Assembly: GCA_036785375.1 (NCBI GenBank)
Contig: JAWMAR010000085.1
Location: 4,774,001-4,838,000 of the forward strand
DNA from: Leucoraja ocellata
Taxonomy: Eukaryota
DNA length: 64,000 bases
Direction: 5' to 3'
The notes beneath the pieces were generated by a model. That model was not told where the DNA came from and searched no databases. It saw only the letters and a program-made list of their open reading frames with translations. A program made the position numbers and the translations under genes. Shown here in pieces: positions 37,930 to 51,060 of this stretch; position 1 is the stretch's first letter, and every line of letters begins with the position of its first letter.

Positions 37930-39275
37930 GCTTAGAACAGACAGTATAGCACAGGAACAGGCCCTTTGGCCCATAATATCTGTGTCCAGCGAGCGTGATG
38001 CCAAGACAAACTAATTTCATCTGCCCGCAGATGGTCCATATCCCTCCATTCCCTGCGTGTGCATGTGTATATCTAGAAGCCTCTTAAACACCACTATCTT
38101 ATCTGCCTCCTCCACCACCCCTGGCAATGTGCTCGAAGCACCCATCACCCTCTGTGTAAAATAATTATCCCCCACATATCCTCTCACTTTAAAGCTATGC
38201 CCTCTGTTCTTTGACATTTCCATCCTGGGTAAAAGGTTCTGATTCTCTACCTTTTCTATGCCTCTCATAATTTTATACACTCTAACAGGTCACCCTCGAT
38301 CTCTGGTGTTCCACAGAAAACAACCCAATTGTGCCCAATCTCTCCACATAGCTAATACCCTCTAATCCAGCCATCAATCTGCACCCTCCTCAAATACTTC
38401 ACATCAACTTTGCAAGGGTGCGACCAGAATTGCACTCAATATTCCAAATGCCACCTAACCAAAATCGCACAAACTCTACGAATAATGCCCTTCCACTACA
38501 ACCCTGTCGTCTTTCAGAAAGCCAATTCCGAATCCATATGATCAAGACACTGTGATTCCCATGCATCTTAATCTTTTAGACCAGTCTACCATGGAGGACT
38601 TTATCATATGTCTTACTAACCCTTCAAATGGCAGTAAATCCTGTACTGTCGAATCCTCTCCAATAACTTCCCTTCCTCTGACATGAGACTCACCGACTTA
38701 TATATATATATGGGTTCTCTCTACATCTCTTCTTTCACAAAGGGACATTTGGTTGCTACTCTTCAGTCCTCCAGGAGCTCACCTGTGGCAAGAGAAGATG
38801 CAAAGATCTTCATTAAGGCTTGAACTATCTCCTCCCTTACCTCACTTAATAACCTGGGATAAACCTCATTATGCCTTGGGGACGTATCCACCTTATTGCC
38901 CTTCAAGGGCCCCAGCACCTCCTCCTTCCTAATGCCAAACAGTCCTTGAAAAATAATATTCTCCACCCTGATCACACAATCCTCCATGCCCTTCTTCTTT
39001 GTGAACACAAATGCAAAGTACTCCTTTAGTACCTTGCCTACACTTGCAGCCTCCAAGCACAAATTCCTCCATTACTCTTAATCCTACCTTCTCTCTGGTT
39101 ATCCTTTTTGTTTTTAATGTATGTATAAAAGGCTTGGGGATTTTCTTTAATTCGACTTGCCCCTTTCATGGCCCCATTTTGGCCTTTCTAATCACCCACT
39201 TAATTCCTTTTCCACATGCTTTATATTCCTTAAACACCCTGGTTCCTCCGATTCCTCTTGTTGAACCTTGTACAC
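37930..39275 (-). mobile_element. CR1 LINE (deleted, degenerate); resumes at 41998-42090 after a nested insertion
   Basis: YKIMRGIEKVENQNLLPRME; VLKEYFAFVFTK...SPRHNEVYPRLL; EPWITKQ at the right flank. Confidence 0.8.
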
Positions 39276-39830
39276 GGTACCCGGATGGGACGTTGAAGGA
39301 CGAGCAGCGGCAAGAAGTGGAAGTTAAGATACCGGAAGTACACATCACGCCGAAAAGCCAAGATACCAAAAGTACATCACGCCGAAAAGCCTACCGAAAG
39401 TACATCACGCTGAAAGGATACGAACCTGAATGGACACCACACCGCAGACAAGACGCAGAACGGACATGACGCCGAAAAGCCACCGAATGGACATGACGTC
39501 TCCAGGAACGGGATTGGTCCGACACCTTGTCAGTCATCAACAAAGGTCAGCGATTGGTCCATACCCCTGCGTCCATCACATCACTGCCTCCATGGCAATC
39601 GCAGCAGCTTGGAGTCACTGCCACCATTTTACAAACACAAGCTCAAGCTCCCTCCCACCCTCCCGTCTCCCCCAGCTAGTGATGTGATATATGCGGGGGT
39701 CTGGACCAATAGCTGACATGATCTAGGACAAATCCCCTCCCAGAGACGTTATGGCCGTTCGACGGCTTTTCGACGTTATGTCCATTCTGCGTCTTGTCTT
39801 TGCGGCGTATTGTCCGTTCGGGTTCGTATC

Positions 39831-41909
39831 TGTAAATTATTATGTTACACAGGTCTTTAATTGTAACACATAGTATAGCGGTACAGCAGGTTGTTAGTTG
39901 TTAATTCATCACTACCGCTTCCAAGACTACTTAATGTAGGAAGTTAATGTTAATATAAAGCACACAGTAAGGTGGGGTTAGTGATGCTACTCTACTATGA
40001 TTGGTTCACATGCAATAACCAATCTACATCCTTCCCCGTAAAGAGCGAATATAGTTAAGCACGTGTAAGACGCGTAAATTTAAACATATTCACCGTATCT
40101 GTCAGGCGGTCTACTAATATGACTCGAACGCATACAGACCAACCACTCCCCCGCCGCACCAGCAAAGTTAGTGGGGGAGGGAGGCAGTGAACCTGGAAGG
40201 GAGAAACCAGCTGGGGACACTTTAGGCGACGGATAGGGTGAGCATGCGGAAGAGTAGTGTTGTTGTTTGACGGGGTCGCCGGTCGTGGCGGAGAACGGGA
40301 CACGCTGGGACGAGTGATAGCAGCAGCAGCAGATGGTTTAAACATCAAAGGTGGAGCAAAGGGATCGCCTGGTGGCGGACGAGGTTCTTTTACAAGCAGC
40401 AAGTGTTGGCAGCTACGTCTGTACAGGGCACCATTGAGGTCAACAAGGTAGGAGCGGGGTTCCTTAGACGGGCTGACAACGAAACCTAGATGGGAATGTC
40501 CTACAGCAGTCCGCAAACGGACGACGTGGCCCTGCAGTAGCGGTTTCAGAGGTTTGCTGGAATTGTCATATGATCGTTTCTGGATGTTGTGTTTCTCCTG
40601 GATGCGCTTCTGGACTGCGGCTGGCTTAAACACCTGTGGCACCAGCTTCCACTGGGCAATTGGTATTGTCCTAGATATCAGGCGTTGGGCTGGTGAGCCT
40701 AGGACCCCATCTCTAGAGATGTTTCTGCGGTTTAAAAGGTTTAAATACACATCTGACTTGGTCAGGTGGGAGCGTTCCATTAGTTGTTTTGCGCTCCGGT
40801 CAGCGAGCCCGTTACTTTGAGGGTATTCAGGACTGCTCGTGACATGGTGGTAGTTCCATCATTTGGCAAAGTGTTTGAATGCGTGCCTGGTAAATTGTCT
40901 TCCGTTGCCAGTTTGCAGGCGGACTGGGGTGCCGAATACGGTACGGAAAATACTGTTGCGCGGCCGATTTGTGCTGCGACGTCCTCGACAGTTCCCATCG
41001 GATAGTGCGGGCGCTTGATGGCAGTGTCCAAGTCTTTTGTATTAATGCACTTCTTCTGAGTGTAATACTGGTCACTAAGTGGAGCCACAATCTCAGACGT
41101 TCGGCAGGCATGCACGGCTTTTCAAGGGTTAAGCCAGCATTCCGCAGCCACTCAGTCTTTAGCTTTTGATCAGTCATGCCACTGACAAGCTTGTCCCTGA
41201 TTAATTCAGTTGACATGACCCCGAAGCGGCATCGCTGAGCCATATATTTCAAGTCGCAAATAAATCTTTCGGCAAGCCCGTCGGGAAGCTGGTGTCTCGT
41301 GATGAATTTTGCTCGTTCTAGGATATGGTTTGAGGGTAGGTTGCATAGTTCCCGGATTTTACACAGTAAAACATTGGGGTCATGCACAGTCTCAGCAGGT
41401 ACAACTACCTGATCGTTGGTGTCGAGAACCGCTGGCGCATAGTCAAAGGTCTGCGTACTCATTAGAGCCTCTGGTCCCACCAGGTTTAGTAGACGAGAAG
41501 CCTTGACAGCATCTGGTTCATTGCGATGTTGATATAGTGTTCGTAGTCGATTTCAAATAAACTCCATCGTTCCCCGATGTCCGAATCGAAGATGAGCTGC
41601 GCTGGCTTTCGGCACGAGTGAGCCATGGTGATAAAAATGAAACTGATAAAACACAAATAAAACCCGATATATGGACGCAGTGGGTTACATCCCACTTCTG
41701 ACACCATGTAAATGATTATGTTACACAGGTCTGGAGTTTAAAGTCATCTTTGATTGTAACACATAGTATAGTGGTACAGCTGGTTGTTAGTTGTTAATTC
41801 ATCACTACCGCTTCCAAGACTACTAATGTGTTAATATAAAGCATACAGTAAGGTGGGGTTAGTGATGCTACTCTACTATGATTGGTTCATATGCAATAAC
41901 CAATCTACA
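39831..41909 (-). mobile_element. Internally deleted Gypsy LTR retrotransposon
   Basis: LTRs 39831-40028 and 41707-41909 (TGTA...TACA); 5-bp TSD GTATC; PBS TGGTGTCAGAAGTGGGAT; PPT GGGGAAGGA; gag (ERAKFITRHQ...RDKLVSG), RT (KRPHYPMGTVEDV) and integrase (SPAQRL, PRSYLV) remnants. Confidence 0.93.
41689..41706 (-). promoter_or_regulatory. Primer-binding site complementary to the tRNA-Leu 3' end
   Basis: Plus strand ATCCCACTTCTGACACCA abuts the LTR and matches the vertebrate tRNA-Leu(CAA) 3' end plus CCA as I recall it. Confidence 0.8.
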
Positions 41910-43169
41910 GTATCCTTTCGGCGTCGTGTCTGTTCGGTATCCTTGCTTCCACTTCTTGGCTTCGGCTTCTCGTCCTTCGACATCCTGTCCGCGCACGTTG
42001 TACACACTTCCTTTTTCTTTTTGACCCAATTTGCAACTTGTTTGGTTATCCAAGGTTCCATTTCCGCCATCCTTACCCTTCTTTCTCACTGCAAGATATC
42101 TGAACTTTGATCAACTGTCTTTATACAACTCCCACATATCAGATGCAGGCTTACCCAATAACAATTGCTCCCAATTTACTCTCACGAGCTTATGAAAAGT
42201 TTTCATATGAGAAATGTGGTGTGTGTATTGACCCAAAGTTATTCCCACCATGCTTTAAATGTGTGTAACTAACATGTCCATCGTAGGCAACAGTGATGTA
42301 CCCCTATGGCTTCTAAGATATTATTTATATGGACGATATAGTTCCAAGTTTGGATGTTGACCCCTCCCGCATTAGCTACAACATGCTCCAAAATAGTGTG
42401 CAAAAAGCAAAGGAACCTTGCATTATGCACTCATGCACCACTTGCTCTCTCTGTTCTTCAAAGCATTACCGTTTATTTCCTCAAAGGTAATCTGTTCTCT
42501 CATCATTTGTACATTCTTGATCCCCCTTCGGGTGGAGTGATCACAATTAATTTCTGCTGATGGTTGTATTTGTTGAGTGATCCGATGGGTTTTCCTTTCT
42601 CTGTGAAGAGAGCAAATGGAATTTGATGAGCTCATAATTATTATCCACTGGATTTTGTATTATTACATGCACAATTAAAAGTACTCGGGGTATGAACAAG
42701 TTGGCTTGTTCTATCATTTATGAAAATATCATGCAGTTCACGGAGAATTTATCAATTTATCAGCTTTCTCTCATAATATTAACAAACTAATATCTATGAA
42801 TTTCCCATCTTAAAATATTGAATTTCAGAGATAGCACGATATGTTCTATGGGGAATGGTATTGTTGTGAATTAGGTTTTCGTTTGACATGAGAATTTTGA
42901 TTTTGTATGATTTGCTTTGGCTGCGAAAGCTAGATGATTGGATCATTTCATTTTCAATTGTGCCTGGTGAACATGATGCTATAAGTAATGGAATTATTGT
43001 AACAACATGTATATATATCCTTCACTCACTGAATTTTTCTGTAAAATTACTCTTGCTTAGATTGGCAGAGTTTGTAGTTTCTGTTCGACAGACACTATGC
43101 TCTGAGCAAAGTAACTGAACAAAACAATGGACAGTTTGCTGTGAATAATACACTCCCCAACACCAATGC

Positions 43170-44260
43170 TAGGCTGTCTACTTCGCCTAGGTAGCTGAAG
43201 CTCTTGACCATCTTCACTTCAATGCCACTGATGAAGACTAGACCTCCATCTCATTTCCTGAAGTCAATAACTAGCTCCTTCATCTTGCTGATATTGACAA
43301 AGAAGTTGTTGGCTTGACACCATGTTACTTAGCTTTCTATCTTCCTGTATTCTGTCTCATCATTGTTTGAGATCCGGCCCATGACTGTGATGTCATCTAC
43401 AAACTTGTAATTTGAGTTAGAGTAGAATTTGTGCACACAGTCATGAGTGAAAAAGGAATATAATAAAGGGCTGAGAATCCATCCTTGTGGGGCAAGTCCT
43501 TGTATTGAGAATTATCAAAGAGGATGTTTTGTCACCTATCCACTGATTATATTCTTTACTAGTCAGGAAATCATTGATCTAGTGGCAGACGGAGATACTG
43601 ATTCATTGTCTGTGCTTCGACTTCCTGCTTACAAGCAGAAACTGAAGTGGGAGGATCTGGTACAGATAGATATACAGTGCAGGTCCAAGGAAAGAGATGA
43701 GATCCTTTGTGACACCTTTGAATCGTAGACTGGTCCATATTCAAGAACTCTGTCCCAATCTAAATGGGTATGACACTGCCATCACAGACTTCATCAGGAA
43801 GTGTGAAGGGGAATTTGTGCCACAGAAGACAATACAAATATTCTCCCATCAGAAACCATGGATGAACTGCAAGGTGCATTCCCAGTGAAGTCCAAATCTG
43901 CAGTGTTAAAGTCAAATGATCCAGATCCAGACTAGAAATCTATTTATGATCTTTGCAAAGCCATTCATGGATAAACTAAGTTTCCCATAATCCTTTAGTT
44001 TAGTTTAGAGATGCAGCGTGGAAACAGGCCCTTCGGCCCACCGAGTCTGTGCTGACACTATCCACTCTAGGGACAATTTACATTTATAGAGATACAGCAC
44101 GGAAACAGGCCCTTTGGCCCATCAAGGATGTCAAGAGGGAATTGTGGAACAAGCTAGAGTCTAAGATAACTACATAAACAATGTGAACTCAGGCAGTATT
44201 GCTGGCAAACCACCCCCCACATGCTCAATACATTCTACGGTTTGCTTTGAGCAAGTCAGT
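43170..44260. mobile_element. Degenerate Rex1/Babar LINE in two opposed pieces (RT on minus 43170-43590; linker on plus 43600-44260)
   Basis: APQGWILSPLLYSFFTHDC...KFVDD on minus; LPAYKQKLK...VDWSIF...QKPWMN on plus. Confidence 0.8.
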
Positions 44261-45193
44261 GATATTTATTCATTAAATACCAAAAATTTACATTTTATAT
44301 TGCATATTATATTCTAAATGAATTCACTCTGAATTACTTGTGACATTGTTGCTTGAGAAACCTATATTTATTCAGAATCTAAGAAAGCTATCAGCTCATG
44401 AAACATTAGATGATATCTAAATCCATTAAACATTTTAAATATGTCATTAAATGAACTAACTAGGACATATGCCAATATCTCCCATTCAGTGGCCAGAAAC
44501 AAGATTTTTCATTACTCACTCACCTGATGTAATTAAATGTACAATCAGCAAGTTGCCTGCAATACAATAAATGACAAGCACAATTACTGGAACACATGTT
44601 GGGCAAGCTTCTATAAAATTATAATTTAATTGATGTATAACACCAAACTGCAGATTATTTTTATTGGCAATTCATTTGTTAAACTATAGCCATTAGTGTT
44701 AATTAGTTACAGGCTAGTATTTGAATACTTTTGCTAATAGAGTTAGCTTGTAAATACAGTTTATAGATTTAGTTCTTCCAAAAAATATAACCAGATTTCA
44801 GCATGAAATTGTGAACCATTAAAACCATACGCATGTGGAAATATGTCCGAATATCAGAATCCAGTGAAATTCAGGGTAAAGGGATTTAAAGAACAGATGG
44901 GAGCAGAAAGAAACAGAAAATAATTTAACGCTGAATCATGAAAGTGGCAATCAATTCGGCGTTTACTTCATTGGAAGAAGGAAGAGATCAGGAAGCACTT
45001 AAAATCCCATGTGGATTAGAATGAATGGCAGGGTGGTCACCAGTTAATAGGAAAGGAAACAACAACGCAGTTATTAGATGGAATAGATAAAGTGATCTTG
45101 TAGTGAACATGAAAGGGTATCTAGAACTGATTCAGGATTGAGGCAGAGAAACCTGGGAAGTTTGGCTCAGTGGATATGAAGTGAAAACCCACT

Positions 45194-45511
45194 GGCAGCA
45201 CGGTGTCGCAGCGTTGGAGTTGCTGCCTTACAGCGCTGGACACCCGGGTTTAATCCTCACTATGGATGCTATCTGTACGGAGTTTGTACTTTCTCCCCGT
45301 GACTGCATGGAGTTTCTCCAAGATCTTCGGTTTCCTCCCACGCTCCAAAGACGTACAGGTTTGTAGGTTAATTGGCTTGGTATAAATGTAAATTGTCCCT
45401 AGTGTGGATAGTATAGGATAGTGTTAATGTCCGGGGACCGCTGGATGCTGCAGACTCGGTGGGCCGAAGGTTCTGTTGCCGTGCTGTATCTCTGAAGTAA
45501 AATAAACTAAA
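45194..45511 (+). mobile_element. HE1-like V-SINE, full length
   Basis: GGCAGCACGGTGTCGCAGCG head, CCCGGGTTTAATCC B-box-like motif and CR1-derived tail; same family as 11989-12285. Confidence 0.88.
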
Positions 45512-45559
45512 GGATTGTGGGAATCTTAGTTTATCCATGAATTCTACACACTTTTGCAG

Positions 45560-46430
45560 AAACTAACAATAAAAGTGAATTGTTGGGCTGAGGAAATGAA
45601 GGTTAATGGAAGCTTTATGTGATCTGGCAAGAGAAGAATGGCTGACCAAGAGGAGGACCAGATATATTTGGTTCTGCACAAACTGTAAGTATTGGAATAT
45701 AATTGGTTCTGAGCTTGTCAGGAACAAGGGCGATAAAATCAGAGATGAGGGAATATTAAAACAAATACATTATTGTAAAAGTAATAAGAATGGAATAACA
45801 AGGGATTTAGAAATTTGACAATGTAAGTTTAGCAAATTAGTTTTTTTCCATTCATTTAGAAAAAAGTAAGGCTCAATGAGAGCAGGATAGTACCATTGAT
45901 GAATGGCACATGAAAATGTTCAGATGCCCTTGTCAGTGATTGAGTACACAAAAACAGAAAGAACACAGGGATAGTAAGAGAGAGGAACCAACCATGAACA
46001 TTAGCTGAAGAATTTACAAAGAATGAGACTTTTTGGATAATGAATGGAAGATAAGTGAGACAGTGGTGCCAAATATATCAAATGAAGGAAGAGAGAAAGA
46101 AGACATCAACAAGATTAGAATGATTTTGGCAACTGATAGAAAATTAAGATTTTTTATGAGAGACAAAAGTAATGGAAATGAGTGGAAAAGGGAAGTTGTT
46201 ACGAAAAGAATAGGAAGAAAGGGCACGAGAAATCGTGGGAACAGTTGCATTTCAACTGCATAATGAAAAACATAGCAGAAAGGCTTCATTCTGTCAATTT
46301 TCAAAAGCAAATACCATTTTTGATGGATTTGGCTTAAGAGGGAGATTTGAATTAGAATAGCAGGAAGCAAGAGTGGTATTAATGTGATTGATCCATGTTT
46401 TGTTTGATAACACAACATAATACAATATCA
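45560..46430 (+). mobile_element. Very old CR1-like fragment
   Basis: Purine-rich decayed linker-region remnants; weak. Confidence 0.4.
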
Positions 46431-47205
46431 GGTAATATTTGTGATGTTTGATAGGAAGCACTATTAATTGTAATTGTAATTAAGTTATTAGCCAAGTATG
46501 TAAACAAACATTGCCTTGTAATCCTTTGCTATTTCATATGAACGTTACACAAATATTAAGATATGAACACTCTAAATCCTGTTATTGCAATAAAGAATAT
46601 TAAATGCAGAAAGTATCCGAGAAACAGAAATGGATTTTGAATTGTTACCTTGCATTTGAAACACACAATCATTGCTGAAATATAATTTGTCTAACCTAAA
46701 GCTGTTTTTTACTTTACACACTGTTCTTGAGTATTCCACATAACTTTCACATCATTTACTGTACTGCCTATTTCAGGAATCTAAATTATGTTATCTGAAA
46801 AATGAATTGAATTTGCTTTAGGATTCTATTCCACATTCACTGAATTGAACTTGATTAATTGCCTGACTGGCTTCTAAAATATAAATTGAGCTACATGGTT
46901 AAATATTTCAAAATAAGTCACATATTAGCCACTGTTCAAATATTTCATCAGTATTGTTCATACCGTTGATCATTCCAATCATGTTTCTGCTATCTAGACA
47001 TCTGTTTTTCCTTCAAGACTTTTGTTAATAAATCTAACTGTAATTTGTTTGTAGTTTTGTTTGCAGTTACTTGTTTCATACAAAACCATTTATTTTCAGT
47101 GGGTTTATTCAAAATATGATTACTTAAAGAGAGAGAAGATGAAATGATTTTGGGGAAATGCTGAAGCCATCATAACCATTAGAGAAATCATTCTAATAAT
47201 GGAAG

Positions 47206-47259
47206 GTAAACCAGCATCATTTTGTGTTAACCTTTGATTTAAACCAGTTCTTTCCTACA
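47206..47259 (+). mobile_element. 54-bp PLE-derived 3'-end insertion with a perfect 17-bp TSD
   Basis: CATTCTAATAATGGAAG at 47189-47205 and 47260-47276; insert ends TTTCCTACA like other copies. Confidence 0.8.
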
Positions 47260-47902
47260 CATTCTAATAATGGAAGCAGATTATTATTCTTGTGATGAAG
47301 ATAATTTACATTTTCGATAATTTACATTTACTACGTGTCTCAGTCTGAAAACTGCACCTCATATATTATATGCGAGAGCAACTATTTGCTTTATTGGTCA
47401 TTTTAACATCCATCATGCTCAGTCATGTATTTCCTCCGATATAACACAACATCACCAATAGTTCATTTCATCAGGCACCCAGCCCTTTCCATCAAAAGTA
47501 TCATCTTCAACCCCTCCTTAAAGTAAAACTGCTGCTATATTTTTGCCCTCTCCAATTATTATTCCATCACTTAAGATTCAAGAACATACTGATACCTCCC
47601 AGCTCTCTGGCCCTTTTTCACAATACCTTTGAAAATAGTTCAATATGTTTCCACCTCTCAAAACATCTGTGCACTGTCACCACTGGAACGTTCTACGAAC
47701 ATACCTTAAGTTCTAAACTCTTTCTGATATATCCATTGGCCTGGGTGCTATCATCTCTAAACAAAATGTAGCATTTACAAATTTGATTGGTGATGATACT
47801 GAATACTTTGCTTGGTCCATTTGCTAATTTTGTCACATCATACTACTGCTGAAACCTTCATAAACTCAACATTGGGAAGGTTGTGCGAGAAATGTGATAG
47901 TA

Positions 47903-48871
47903 CAGCAAACCCTTGTTATAATGGACCATGGGTTGGGGGGTGGTGGGGTAGGGAGGTGGTGTATTTCACACTATAAGGTATTATCATTGTATATAGTTAT
48001 AACAAAGAACTGCAGATGATGATGTTAATACACAAAAAGACACAAAGCGCTGGAGTAACTCAACAGGTCAGACAGCATCTCTGGAGAATGTGGATAGGTG
48101 ACGTCAGGATCCTTCTTTAGTTACTCCAGCATTTTGTGTTGTTTCACCTTAAAACTAGATGGCGTTGCCGCTGGTCTGCACCAGCGAGCTATTCTTCACC
48201 CGTTCAGTTGACGGGCTTTTTTTACGGCTGGCATTGTAGTCGCTTCAGTCCGCTGCCACCGACAGTCCACACACGGTCATGTTGGGGTTCCCTCCCCTCT
48301 CACTTGCTGCAGCTTCTTCCTGTCGGCTATCGTTTTGCCCACCCCCCCTGCTCTACTGCCACCTCCTCATACCCAAGCATTCATCAACATCTTCCAAGGT
48401 GGAGTATGTCAACGACTCCAGGGAAGATGGGGTGAAAGAGGGAGCAGAAGAGTGGACAGTGAGATAGAAGGAGGAGGAGGAGGCAGTGAAAGAGGGAGTG
48501 GCGGATTAGACAGAGTGAAGGGAGGAGGAAGTAGAGGCAAGGGGGAGCAGACAAAGCGACCGCCAACAGGAAGAAGTGGCAGCTGGTGAAAGGGGAGGGA
48601 GCCCCACGGTGACTGAGCGCATCCTATCGGTGGCAGTGGCCTGAGGAAAGTGCCGTCCCCAGGGGCTACAACATGAGACGCACCAATAGCCACATCAACT
48701 GGACCGTACGGTGGGCAAAGAAAGGTTTGCTTATGCAGCTTGTGAGCTGGGGAATGGTGTCGGATGCCGGGACTGTAAGTGTGGCGGTGGAAGCTGGGGG
48801 TGGCATCTGCAGATGCATCCGCTATAACCAAAATCCATTATAAAGGGGTCCGTTAAAATGAGGGCTTACTT
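47903..48871. mobile_element. Tc1/pogo(Tigger)-type non-autonomous element with internal inverted repeat and nested PLE piece
   Basis: TA|CAGCAAACCCTTGTTATAATGGACC ... GGTCCGTTAAAATGAGGGCTTACTT|TA. Confidence 0.75.
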
Positions 48872-50269
48872 TATTAGAAAGGGTTTACTAATCTTGCTAT
48901 TGCTGGCCACATTCCCATGGATATCTGGAGTGCTTAGCGTCTGTTGGAATTTGCCAGAGATATTGAACGCTGTCCCTGCACTCATTAAAAGACAGGCCCC
49001 AAAAGGCACTGAAATGTTTCCACACGATTGAATCTCATTCCAGAAAATGAAATTGTCCATTGAGGGCTTGGCACACCTTTACTCAGACATTTTTCTAGAA
49101 CTACTTGGAAGATTATACAGAGAAAATCAATGCTAAGAGTCAAGCACGAAGGGTCTGAAATCAGTGCAGGAAGAAATATTCACAACTGCTGTGAGTGTAG
49201 ACATCTTCAATCCCTTCTGTTTATGACACCACCAGCCTCACATACTACTCAATGCAAAACACCTCCAAACTCCTCCAACCATCAGTCTCGTACAGCACTA
49301 CCCAAAACATGATATTATGTACCTGCAAAAAAATGCATATATGTCAGTGAACATATTTTGATGTTTTCGTTTAAGGTACTGCTAGCATTGCATGGAAGCT
49401 CTTGGGAAACAGGAACTCCAGGGATACATGGGCTGATAATTGAATACTTTACAGAGATTAGCAATGGAGCCTGACAAGTTCCTGTGACAAACAGATCGGA
49501 AGTATTGTCTTTTCTTCAACAGGTGGGATGGTCCTAGCTCTACACTGTTTGTAGCGGCAAACACAGCATATGACAGAACTCTCTGGCACCTCCTATGTGA
49601 GGTATAGTCATCTGAGGCACTGGTGTTATATCAGGAAAACAATTGGAAAGTGCTAATTGTAAATCATATATAAATTGATGCTTCCGCTCTGGGCTCTTTC
49701 CCTCTTCTCCTCCTCCATAAGTTACGTTGACTTGCTCATTGGGAGCTCAGTTCATTTTTCTTGTTATCAGTGACTCAAGGTGGTCTGGTAATTCTGTTGG
49801 CTGGAGGCTATAGAAGATAATTTGTTTATTCCATTAGCCAAGGATTAAACTATTTTAGGATGAGCATAACTCCAACTCAGTACTAAAGAGAACTTCAATG
49901 AATCAACAATCCTTTGAGTAACATGTGTAAGACCCCTAGCTTCACACACATCTCAGTTTGAAAGTGTATGAAGGAATTGCTGATTCCTGGTTAGACACAA
50001 AACGCTGAAGTAACTGTTGCATTTTGTGTCTCAGAATTTGAAGGGCTTTGTTAATTCAGCGTTGCACAAGGATTTGCTTGATTAACTCATTTTCCTGCAT
50101 GCTGCAGGCATGCCCATTCAAGGCTTGCACTACTACTTTATTAGATGCCATGAGCAGCACTGAAAATATACAGTATCAATTATAATTGAAAATATTTCAT
50201 TTTGCAAATAGCTGACCAAGGGTGGTGGTGGTGTCCAAGTTATCTTCATTTGAATGAAATCTTTGAAGG

Positions 50270-51060
50270 AACAAAATGTATTGACGATGACAACAAATAA
50301 CAGATGTTATTTACATGGACTTTGGTATGGTCTTTTTAATGGTCCCCCATGGGGGACTGGTTTCTAGGATAAGGGGCCAAGGGATTTGGGGCAAATTGGA
50401 TTCACAATTGGTGCTGCAACAGGAAACAAATGATGATGGAAGAGGAATGACTTTGTAATTGGATGTCTGTTACTATTGGTGTTCCACAAAGATCAGTGTT
50501 GGAAACCTTGCTGTTTGTAAAACACATGAATGATATGGATGTAGAAGGCATGAGCAGCAAGTTCACAGATGACATGGAGACTGGTGGCTATCAATGTGTT
50601 GATAACTGTTGATAACTGGGCTCAAAAATGGCAGATTGAATTTAATCCAAACTAATGTGAAGTGATGCAATTTGGGGGTACGAATGAAGCTTGGACATTT
50701 TTCATGAATAGTAGCTTTTTACGGAATATTGTGGGACCAAGAGACCTTGGAGTATGTGCATAATTGCTTGAAAGTACAAAGTAATGTGGTTACAAAGTTA
50801 TATGGAATACTGGCTTACACCAGTTGTTTCACTGAATACAGAAATAGGATAATTGTGCTCCAACTTTATAAACCTTGGTTGGACTTCAGCTGCAGTACTG
50901 TGTGCAGTTCAGGACACCACCAAAGGAAGGATGTAATAGCGATGGTAAGGGTGCCGAGGCAATTCACCAGGATATTGCCTTGGATGGAGCGGTTCCGTTA
51001 TGAGGAGAGACTGGTGAAGTTTTGTTTGTTTGCCATAGAGCAGAGGAAGTAAAGAGAGAG
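50270..51060 (+). mobile_element. Degenerate CR1 RT to C-terminus
   Basis: DVIYMDF, IGVPQRSVL, SKFTDD, WQIEFNP remnants. Confidence 0.8.

Larger units (their letters stand above)
39276..41997. mobile_element. Foldback-type non-autonomous DNA transposon (~640 bp) interrupted by a Gypsy element
   Basis: 8-bp TSD TTGTACAC (39268-39275, 41998-42005); long imperfect TIRs GGTACCCGGATGGGACGTTGAAGGACGAG / CGTGCGCGGACAGGATGTCGAAGGACGAG with ACATCACGCCGAAAAG sub-repeats. Confidence 0.8.

Noticed and set aside
39320-39500. Spaced ACATCACGCCGAAAAG repeats resembling a CRISPR array
   Set aside because: Eukaryotic context, irregular related spacers and no cas genes; they are TIR sub-repeats of the foldback element.
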